From Nitrospirota bacterium (GTDB lineage: Bacteria > Nitrospirota > UBA9217), in the NCBI GenBank assembly GCA_963754875.1, contig CAVWHO010000019.1:83328-147327 (forward strand): DNA of 64,000 nt. Direction: 5' to 3'. A program made the translations under genes and the position numbers. Below, piece after piece: positions 51,948-59,934 of the stretch. A model generated the notes under the pieces. The model saw only the letters and a program-made list of their open reading frames with translations, was not told where the DNA came from and ran no database searches. How positions within the stretch are numbered: the first letter of the stretch is position 1; each line of letters begins with the position of its first letter.

Positions 51948-52399
51948 ATGAATCAGCTTACCGTGACAAAGTGGATTCTCGTGATGGATACTGATGACTC
52001 GCGAGGTCGAACATGCGCTCCATGCTCGAGCAGGCGGGGTACAAAGTTTGTTTGGCGGAAAACGGAGACGAAGTCATTGACTGCTACAAAGAAGCACAAA
52101 GATGCGGTTACCCGTTTGATGCCGTTATTGTCGATCATGCATGTCCCGGAGGAGCCGGAGTGACAAGGAAACAATCAGATAGATTGATCGAATGTGACCC
52201 CGCCGTGAAGGTGATCGCCACGAGCGGCACAGCGGCCGATGTTTTTTTAGCTGATTTTAAAAATCGAGGGTTCAAAAGCGTTCTCAAGAAAGCCGTTCTA
52301 CAAGCGGATTCTGAAACAGACCATGCACAGCGTAATCAACAGGGAAAGTCGTTTTCAGTAACACAATTCGCGGCATTGATGGCAACTATACGGATTTAG
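51948..52399 (+). pseudogene. Receiver-domain protein with multiple frameshifts
   Basis: ILVMD in one frame; MLEQAGYKV..AENGDE..PFDAVIVD and VKVIATSG in another. Confidence 0.65.
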
Positions 52400-52451
52400 C
52401 AGAACATCCGAAAAACAAGAAGTGAAATTAATTTTAAGGAGGAGATGAGCC

Positions 52452-52640
52452 ATGTATAAGATTGAGCTACTTGAGAGAAAGCGGCTGGAAAAAGGATTGA
52501 GCTATACGGAAATTGCGGATAAACTCGGCATCCATAAAGTGACGGTGTCGAGAACGCTAAAGGGCGTGACAATGAAGCCGCGTACCGTAAAACAGCTGGC
52601 GGACTATCTGAATGTGACGATGGAAAGTATCGTCCAATAA
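52452..52640 (+). CDS. XRE/Cro family HTH protein
   Basis: SD AAGGAGGAG; RLEKGLSYTEIADKLGIHKVTVSR. Confidence 0.9.
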   Translation: MYKIELLERKRLEKGLSYTEIADKLGIHKVTVSRTLKGVTMKPRTVKQLADYLNVTMESIVQ

Positions 52641-52672
52641 ACTTCAGTCGAACACAGGATTTTTACAAGCGA

Positions 52673-52847
52673 CAGCCATGTCCCCTAGTACTGCGGTCTC
52701 GCATGACCCGGCTGTGGTTACGTGAAACGCCGAAGATAGTTTGGGACATGGCTGCTGCCAAGCGGCCATAACACATTCCAGTCTGTATCAGCATAGGCGA
52801 ATGCAGAGTTGTCGATACTTCTGCGGTCGGCTGCATGTGTATGGCTG
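52673..52847. ncRNA. Candidate structured RNA with two multi-branch domains
   Basis: 12-bp closing stem CAGCCATGTCCC/GGGACATGGCTG, a second long stem and inner hairpins. Confidence 0.35.
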
Positions 52848-52900
52848 AATAGACCGTGAGATTGGAGAGGGGAGGAACCTGTCCCTGAGTGGCTGTTATC

Positions 52901-53512
52901 TTACAGCATGATCAGCACCGTCATCATTGCTACGGACCAGATGATGTCGAGAGGCATCTGCAACTCGCAGGTGGAGTCGAGTAAAAGGTCCGCCCGAGCC
53001 GGGAATTCATCGTCTTCAAGCCAAAGTGTAAGAGTAGCCGGTATCCGCGGAAGGGGGGAGAACCGAAATGCGACATCGCCGTTCTTCACGAGTTCGCCGT
53101 GGAACACTGCCCCCCTTTCTATAAATCCCTCTTTGTTCTTCCTGTACTTGTTCGCCATGGCATCGAGCGGCAAAACGTGCGACCCCCGAGTAAAAAAATC
53201 GCCGCCTTTAAGATGTTCGAGCTTTACGGGTCGGCCCGTGCAGGCAATGTCCTTCGCGTTGACCAGGTACCAGAGGATCGAAAGCCTGAAGAAGTAACTC
53301 AGGCGTTTGAACAGCGCCTCGCTGCCAGGTGAAACACTCGTAATAGTCCTGTCTTTCACGGAGACAGCGAAATTCAAGCCGAACGAGGATACTGTGTACG
53401 TTGCTGCAGAAGCATCGTATGTAACGGCTGCTGCTTTGCACACCTCTTCAGGCTTGAGCAATGCCAGGATCTCCCACGCCTTGTCCTCTCCGGGATTACT
53501 GCCTTCTGTCAT
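52901..53512 (-). CDS. DUF3786 family protein
   Basis: ILWYL, GGDFFTRG, LPRIP, DDEFPARADLLLD, PLDIIWS. Confidence 0.85.
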   Translation of the reverse strand: MTEGSNPGEDKAWEILALLKPEEVCKAAAVTYDASAATYTVSSFGLNFAVSVKDRTITSVSPGSEALFKRLSYFFRLSILWYLVNAKDIACTGRPVKLEHLKGGDFFTRGSHVLPLDAMANKYRKNKEGFIERGAVFHGELVKNGDVAFRFSPLPRIPATLTLWLEDDEFPARADLLLDSTCELQMPLDIIWSVAMMTVLIML

Positions 53513-53590
53513 GAGTCTCCTTAACGATTCCTCTAAACTCAATAATAGTATCAGATTCCTTCCAAATTTAAAAGTTTAAAAGCACATTGT

Positions 53591-53763
53591 TGTTTCATAT
53601 TTGAACAGGTATTCCTCTCCATTTCGCTTTAGATAATCATTGCTCGATATAGTTGTTTAATTGTATTTTCGACCCGCAAATAGGGCATTCAGTGACATTT
53701 CTATTTCTTCTTCATTATAATCACCATTCCTAGGCTGTTTCACTTATGTTCATATTTGAAACA
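53591..53763. promoter_or_regulatory. Two palindromic enhancer (UAS) sites for a sigma54 activator
   Basis: TGTTTCATATTTGAACA (53591-53607) and TGTTCATATTTGAAACA (53747-53763). Confidence 0.65.
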
Positions 53764-53815
53764 TTTACAATGTGATCTCAGAAAAATTAATAAACAAAAA
53801 CATATAGTTATTTAT

Positions 53816-53831
53816 TGGCATTATCATTGCA
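53816..53831 (+). promoter_or_regulatory. sigma54 promoter of the TauE/USP operon
   Basis: TGGCATTATCATTGCA (GG-N10-GC) about 40 nt before the ATG. Confidence 0.75.
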
Positions 53832-53872
53832 TTTGTACTGGGTAGATAAGCACAGTATAGGGAGGTCTGAAA

Positions 53873-54373
53873 ATGGGAAAGAGACAGTTGTTGTTCGTTA
53901 CCTACCGTGATGAAAATCTCGAAGAGGGCGTTTCATACGCCATCGAACTGGCCAAGGCAATGTATGAGGACATCACGCTTCTCCTCGTCCAGAAGAAGAG
54001 CAACCTCATGGACAAACTCGGCAACCTCATGACTGCCGTGAGCTTCGCCGAAGCTGACGAGCCTGAGACTGCCCGGGAGATCATGGCAGGAGGACGTGCT
54101 GAGGCCGAAGGGAACTATGAAAAGGTGCTTGCCGGGCTCGTGGAAAAGTGCCGTAAAGAAGGCATCCAGGTGAGCGTTCAGAATACGGAGCTCGATGCCG
54201 TATCGGGCATCAGGACGTTTCTGAAGAACCATGCCGGGGTCGACAAGGTCGTGTTGAGCCCCGCCGTAACGGGGAGCGACAACGTCTCGGCTAAGGACTT
54301 GAACCGCCTCGTCCGGACCGCTTCTCGGCCGATCGTGACCATGACCAGACAGGCATGCGGTGTTGCGTGCTGA
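53873..54373 (+). CDS. USP-like hypothetical protein
   Basis: SD GGAGG; LLFVT..YAIELA, AVSFAEA; ends QACGVAC. Confidence 0.8.
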   Translation: MGKRQLLFVTYRDENLEEGVSYAIELAKAMYEDITLLLVQKKSNLMDKLGNLMTAVSFAEADEPETAREIMAGGRAEAEGNYEKVLAGLVEKCRKEGIQVSVQNTELDAVSGIRTFLKNHAGVDKVVLSPAVTGSDNVSAKDLNRLVRTASRPIVTMTRQACGVAC

Positions 54374-54468
54374 GCTTTTCCCCTGTTAGCGAAGGCAAAC
54401 TATTCGAACAGAACGGAAGAAAAATAGAGCTCATATTTTAATTAAATTCGACAATAGGGAGTAGGACA

Positions 54469-55395
54469 ATGCATTTGTATTTACCGGTAGCACTGACAAG
54501 CATCAACATCTTGATTCCCGTAGGTCTCGGCCTGCTCGTAGGGCTGCTCTCAGGCCTGTTCGGCGTAGGTGGAGGGTTTCTACTGACGCCGCTCCTCATC
54601 ATGTTCGGCATCCCCTCGACTGTGGCGGCGGCGACTGATTCCAACCAGATCGTGGCTGCGTCAACATCCGGCACGTATGCGCATTGGAAGGTCGGCAACG
54701 TGGATTTCAAAATGGGGCTCTACCTGCTGGTCGGGGGATTCTTAGGCGGCATTGTCGGCGTTCAGGGTATCAAGGTTCTCCGCGCCATGGGCAACGCCGA
54801 TTTTGTCATAAAGATGACTTACGTGCTCATGCTCGGCATCGTTGGAACGTACATGTTCATTGAGAGCCTTCAAAGCATGCGGAAGAAGAAGGACACTGTT
54901 GTGACCGAGTCGAAGGAACAGAAAGAATCGGCGCTCAGCAAATTCTTGAAATCGCTACCCCTTCAGACCCGGTTTGAGAAATCGGGTGTGACCCATTCCG
55001 CGCTCGTGCCGATCGTCCTCGGCTCCTTCGTCGGCATTCTGGCTGCGATCATGGGCGTCGGCGGCGGCTTTCTCATGGTGCCGGTGATGGTGTACATGCT
55101 CCGGATGCCGATGCATGTAGTCGTCGGGACCAGTTTGTTTCAGATCCTCTTCACCTGCATCGAAGTGACCTTCTTGCAGGCCTACACGAACCACAGTGTG
55201 GACTTTCTGCTGGCCGTGCTTCTGCTCGTCGGATCGACCTTCGGCGCACAGGTGGGCACCGTTCTGGGCAAGAAGCTAAAAGGAGAACAACTCAAGATTT
55301 TGCTTGCCGTCATCGTGCTTGTCGTGACCGTTAAAATCGTATTTGATCTGACGCTGACGCCGTCATTACTTCTTTCACAGGTGGGAGGACACTAA
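54469..55395 (+). CDS. TauE/SafE family sulfite-exporter-like permease
   Basis: YLPVA, SGLFGVGGGFLLTP, MGVGGGFLMVP, VVGTSLFQ. Confidence 0.93.
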   Translation: MHLYLPVALTSINILIPVGLGLLVGLLSGLFGVGGGFLLTPLLIMFGIPSTVAAATDSNQIVAASTSGTYAHWKVGNVDFKMGLYLLVGGFLGGIVGVQGIKVLRAMGNADFVIKMTYVLMLGIVGTYMFIESLQSMRKKKDTVVTESKEQKESALSKFLKSLPLQTRFEKSGVTHSALVPIVLGSFVGILAAIMGVGGGFLMVPVMVYMLRMPMHVVVGTSLFQILFTCIEVTFLQAYTNHSVDFLLAVLLLVGSTFGAQVGTVLGKKLKGEQLKILLAVIVLVVTVKIVFDLTLTPSLLLSQVGGH

Positions 55396-56225
55396 TGCAC
55401 ATTCATTCATTTATAGTTCATTATGCGAGATTGTTCGGCAGTGCACGATTCATAGGCACGCTCGTGCTCATGCTCGTTTATTGCCTGATCCAGCTGGTCA
55501 ATGCAAAACCGGCTTCAGCCATGCTCACGGCCAAGGCAAATCATGACCATATCACCATCGACTTTTTCTACCACGGCAGCACCGTGAGCGTGCGCGGCGA
55601 AGCCGATCCGAATACGGACCTCGTCATCAAGATAACTTCCCCTGAGGGCCACCAGGTGCTGAAGCAGAAGGGCAAGGTCGGCGGCGTGCTCTGGATGAAT
55701 GTGGGGCAGCTCAAGTTCGAGAATACGCCCAACTTCTACGAGGTGTTCAGCACGAAGAAACTCGATGAAATGCTGAGCAGGGAGGAGATGGAAAAATATA
55801 CCATCGGGTATCCCGCGCTTCAAAAACATGTGGAAATCATCCCCGTCGCGAACGAAGAGGAAAAGGCAAAGTGGTTTGACGAATTCGTTAAATTCAAGGA
55901 GGCGTCAAAGGTCTACACCAGTTCCTTCGGGAAAATTGAGACGACAACCACCAAGGACGGAAGGCAGGAGTATTACATCCTTACCGACTGGCCCTACCAG
56001 GCGGCACCCGGCGATTACCTAGTGACGGTTTATGCGGTCAAAAACGGCAAGATTGTCGAGCAGGCGGAGGCCAAGGTGAACGTGGAGCAGGTCGGTATGG
56101 TCAAGACGCTGGCGACGATGGCAAAAAACAGAGCCGCGTTCTACGGGTTCCTATCCGTCGGCATCGCCCTGGGTGCTGGCTTCGGCGTGGGCCTTGTATT
56201 CAGGAAGGGCGGAGGCTCTCATTAA
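55395..56225 (+). CDS. TIGR02186-like membrane-anchored TauE partner protein
   Basis: HITIDFFYHG, KGKVGGVLWMN, PGDY, C-terminal TM; TAATG coupling to TauE. Confidence 0.85.
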   Translation: MHIHSFIVHYARLFGSARFIGTLVLMLVYCLIQLVNAKPASAMLTAKANHDHITIDFFYHGSTVSVRGEADPNTDLVIKITSPEGHQVLKQKGKVGGVLWMNVGQLKFENTPNFYEVFSTKKLDEMLSREEMEKYTIGYPALQKHVEIIPVANEEEKAKWFDEFVKFKEASKVYTSSFGKIETTTTKDGRQEYYILTDWPYQAAPGDYLVTVYAVKNGKIVEQAEAKVNVEQVGMVKTLATMAKNRAAFYGFLSVGIALGAGFGVGLVFRKGGGSH

Positions 56226-56227
56226 TC

Positions 56228-57091
56228 ATGTATAAATCAATCGTCGTCGGATATGATGAATCGCTTTCGAGCAAGGCGGCACTGAAGGAGATTTCACTTC
56301 GCGTCAAGCGGGACGCTAGTGCGATCTACCTCGTTCATGCCGTGTATTTCGACCAGGAGGAGTTCGCTATCCTTCCCGCCCAGATGGAGAAACGGTTCGA
56401 GGCGGGCTCGCACATCTGTCTGGAGGCAAAAAAGAATCTGCAATCGGAATTCGGGCTGAACGGAAACGTGGAGTCGATTATCTGCGAGGGGGAACCGCCG
56501 GAAGTGATCGTCGATGTGGCGCAGGGCAAGAAAGCAGACCTGATCGCCCTCGGGACCTACGGCAGAAAAGGACTCAAGCGGCTGCTCATGGGCAGCGTGA
56601 CGTCTCAAGTCGTCCTGAACTCCTCCTGCGACGTGCTGGTGGTGAAAAGACCCTGCACCGAGTGCGCGGGAACATATCATTCGCTCCTGGTACCCTTTGA
56701 CGGGTCGGAGTCCAGCAAAAAAGCGCTGGGCCGCGCCTGCGACCTGTCGAAATCCGACGGCTCCGAGCTTTCGGTCCTGTATGTAATCCCGCGGTACGAG
56801 GAGATGATGGACTTCTTCAAGACCGAAACCATCAAGAAGAGCCTCTACCAGGAGGCTGAGAAGATCGTCGATGCAGCCAAAAAACTCGCCGCCGGACAGG
56901 GCGTGCAGATCAAGGCCGTGGTGCAGGAAGGTCATGCTGGCGATAAGATAACGGAAATCGCCGACAAGATGAAGCACGATCTGATCGTCGTCGGGACCCA
57001 CGGATGGCGCGGCGTCAACAAGGCGATCATGGGGAGTACGGCGGAGCGGATCATTGCGCATGCGTCCTGCCCCGTACTGATCGTTAAATAG
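56228..57091 (+). CDS. Tandem universal stress protein
   Basis: Two USP domains (LLMGSVTSQVV; IMGSTAERII). Confidence 0.93.
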   Translation: MYKSIVVGYDESLSSKAALKEISLRVKRDASAIYLVHAVYFDQEEFAILPAQMEKRFEAGSHICLEAKKNLQSEFGLNGNVESIICEGEPPEVIVDVAQGKKADLIALGTYGRKGLKRLLMGSVTSQVVLNSSCDVLVVKRPCTECAGTYHSLLVPFDGSESSKKALGRACDLSKSDGSELSVLYVIPRYEEMMDFFKTETIKKSLYQEAEKIVDAAKKLAAGQGVQIKAVVQEGHAGDKITEIADKMKHDLIVVGTHGWRGVNKAIMGSTAERIIAHASCPVLIVK

Positions 57092-57269
57092 GAGTTCAAG
57101 AAAGCGGGTACCCCGTTTAAGAAGAAATGGGAAAGAGAGGGCGAAAGGGAGATTAAGGAGCAATTTTCTTGATGGGATCTTACCTCCTTTGCCAAATCAT
57201 TCTCCATTTCTCTTGAAAGATTCGCCGGGTGTTTTACCGAGTTCGGTAATGAGAGCGGAGTTGGAAAAT

Positions 57270-57692
57270 ATGAAAGGTTATAGAAAAGTTCTTATTGCAG
57301 TGAACGGGTCCAGGGAAGTCCTAAAGCAGGGGATCAAACTCGCGCAGGACGAGAAGACGTGGATCACGGTCGTGAAGGTCGTGCAGCCCTATGAGGGCGA
57401 CCTCGACCTTACGGGCATCAAGAACCTGCATGACGTGTTTGAGGACGGAGGGATCAAGGCCCTTGCCGATATCAGCCGAATCGCAGAGGCTGAAGGGGCG
57501 CTTGTCAAGACCAGGCTGGAAGCAGGAGACGTGCCTGACCGTATTGTGGAGGTTGCACAGGAGGAAAAGTGCGATCTCATCATCATGGGGTCGAAGAAGA
57601 AAAAAGGCATTATGAGCAGGCTCTTCGGCGACCATATTGTCGAAAAAGTCATTGATCGCGCACCGTGCCCGGTGTTTGTTGTTGGGATATAG
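57270..57692 (+). CDS. Universal stress protein
   Basis: YRKVLIAVNGS, CDLIIMG, APCPVFVV. Confidence 0.9.
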   Translation: MKGYRKVLIAVNGSREVLKQGIKLAQDEKTWITVVKVVQPYEGDLDLTGIKNLHDVFEDGGIKALADISRIAEAEGALVKTRLEAGDVPDRIVEVAQEEKCDLIIMGSKKKKGIMSRLFGDHIVEKVIDRAPCPVFVVGI

Positions 57693-57838
57693 AGCGATTT
57701 AGTTGTTAAGAGCTGCTAGAAACAGTACATTTTTTTTTGCCAGCGACGATGGAGTATGGTAAATTACAGGATATTGCAATAGTCGGCGGTTACGCCGTTC
57801 ACTTAGTTTATCCTAAAAAGAGCCTGACGAAGGAGTAA

Positions 57839-58036
57839 ATGAACATGTTTGAAGGTTTATTTCAACCGATGCACCTTATCTTGATTCTCCTGATTGTCCT
57901 GATCATCTTCGGCCCGGGAAAGCTTCCTGAACTCGGAGCAGGACTCGGCAAAAGCATCAGGGAATTTAAGAAAGCAATGAAGGAAGGTCAGGAAACTGCA
58001 GCAATAGAAAAGAAGAAAGAAGAAACGAAGGCTTAA
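57839..58036 (+). CDS. tatA: Twin-arginine translocase subunit TatA/E
   Basis: [23 protein letters not shown]. Confidence 0.95.
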   Translation: MNMFEGLFQPMHLILILLIVLIIFGPGKLPELGAGLGKSIREFKKAMKEGQETAAIEKKKEETKA

Positions 58037-58284
58037 TCCGTGCCGCGCGAACGATCGAGAAACTGCGTATAGGTGTATATTAAGGAAAACGGCACCTCAG
58101 ATAGATTGAACAGTGCACAAGAAGATGTTTCCTCTGCTTGCCCCTCTACGGGTTCAGATCGGCACCCTTCTCAATGCGTCTGTTGTTTCGAGGCTCGAAA
58201 AACGCCCCCCTTCTTTCCCGGAAATGCCGGACACTTCCTTTTTAAAAGCATTTCTCTTTCGTTGCGCAGGGCTCGCGGAATATC

Positions 58285-59934
58285 ATGACAGTGATAAATA
58301 CTAAATTTAAAAGACTTCTCAAACGCGGTACCCTTTGTCAGGCAGAGTTGGAAAAACTCGCCAGGGAATCAGCGGAAACCAACACCCCCCTGGAGGAGCT
58401 CTTGCTGTCGCGGGGCGTGCCGAAGCACGAGATATTGTTCTGTCTCTCGGAATATTATGGCCTGCCCTTCGTAGAATACGATGAAAGCGTTATCGCCTCT
58501 TATTTCATCATCCTGCGGCTAGACATGGAGAAGCTGAAGCAGGCGCTCTGGTTTCCCCGATCGGTCCGGCAGGGGCGAGCGGAGGTAATTGCATATCGCC
58601 CCGACGACCCCCGGGTAATTGACGATATAAAAAAGACGCTTGGAGTTGAACAGATCGATTTTATCGTCGCCTTTCCCACTGATATCATCCGCATCATCGA
58701 ACATAATTTCGATGTCAATCCATCATTTGGCTTCTCCGGGGGAAGGACACCCCTTGCGCGCGTAAGGACGTATTTCGCTTACCGACGATCAACCTATGCA
58801 CATTACCGGACGTTATTCGCCAAGGGCAGGACCGGCCTTGCGTTTATCAGGACCGGCGTGTCCTTCATTGTTATCGCATTGTTGTTTCTCAGGGTCTTCG
58901 GAGTAGGGCTTTACACCATCATCGAGGCGCCGCTGTTATTTGCCGGCATTGTCATGCTCTATGACGGAATGAAATGGTATTCCCCCGCGCGAAGAATAGC
59001 AAAAAAAACGATTGAGGCCTCCTGCACCGAGCCCACGTGGGGAACCTGCGTCCTGGAAGAGTCGAAGACCCCTCAGGGAGATCCCGCGTTCAATCGCAGC
59101 GGTATTGTGAATGGCGCAGCTGAACTCAGGGCCGGGTGGGAAAATCTTTCTCCGGTCATGAGACGAAGGTTTCTCGCCTCCGACAGGACCGATATGGCAG
59201 AGGAACGGACATCACTTGCGGGACATAGGACCAAACTCGCGCGGGCCAGGACAGGGCTCGCCTTTACGCGGACGGGCATTGCCTTTATCGGACTCGGCGT
59301 CGGATTACTACGGCAATTTCACACGAGCAGATGGACGATCCTCGACGTGTCGCTCATCATGGCAGGTTTCTTGATGTCGGCAGAAGGATTTTACTGGTAT
59401 TTTGGCGGGAGACGGTCTGGAATCGAAAGCTTTAAAGCGGTGATGGAAGCGGTCAATAAGGAAAGCATCTGGGACAAGGTTTTCCCGCTTCGGCATAACC
59501 GCACCGGGTCCAAAAAAGACAATACATATCCGCCGGTCCGTGCTTCTCATATACCGGGCATATGGGCCACCACCGGACTCGCTCTCGAGCGGACTGTTCT
59601 TGCAGACCGGCGATGCGTAATGGCGAGGCTTCGCTCAGTCATGGCGGTGACCCGGACGGGTTTGGCATTTGTCCGGACCGGGATGAGCATTACTGCCGTC
59701 GGTGCGGGCCTTATGGTATATTTCGGTGAGGCGTCGGTCGGCTGGACGATCTTTAATATTTTTTTGATCCTCTCGGGCCTTGCATTGATCATCGACGGAT
59801 ACTACTGGATCACGCCGGCCGAACGAATTCGGGCGCAATACCCCTACTGCTATGGGGATATGGAAATAACCATACCCGATTACGGAGTACCCGCGAACAC
59901 CTGGGGTACGGTTATTTTTAATCACTATGAATAA
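58285..59934 (+). CDS. GspE/MshE-N-like domain plus three DUF202-like membrane modules
   Basis: N-terminal LEELLLSRG..LSEYYGLPFV; three (RTxLAxx)6 + 2-TM modules. Confidence 0.85.
   Translation: MTVINTKFKRLLKRGTLCQAELEKLARESAETNTPLEELLLSRGVPKHEILFCLSEYYGLPFVEYDESVIASYFIILRLDMEKLKQALWFPRSVRQGRAEVIAYRPDDPRVIDDIKKTLGVEQIDFIVAFPTDIIRIIEHNFDVNPSFGFSGGRTPLARVRTYFAYRRSTYAHYRTLFAKGRTGLAFIRTGVSFIVIALLFLRVFGVGLYTIIEAPLLFAGIVMLYDGMKWYSPARRIAKKTIEASCTEPTWGTCVLEESKTPQGDPAFNRSGIVNGAAELRAGWENLSPVMRRRFLASDRTDMAEERTSLAGHRTKLARARTGLAFTRTGIAFIGLGVGLLRQFHTSRWTILDVSLIMAGFLMSAEGFYWYFGGRRSGIESFKAVMEAVNKESIWDKVFPLRHNRTGSKKDNTYPPVRASHIPGIWATTGLALERTVLADRRCVMARLRSVMAVTRTGLAFVRTGMSITAVGAGLMVYFGEASVGWTIFNIFLILSGLALIIDGYYWITPAERIRAQYPYCYGDMEITIPDYGVPANTWGTVIFNHYE

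Noticed and set aside
54371..54420. Selenocysteine read-through of the TGA after CGVAC
   Set aside because: Downstream hairpin is weak, the extension is not protein-like, and no sel genes are in view
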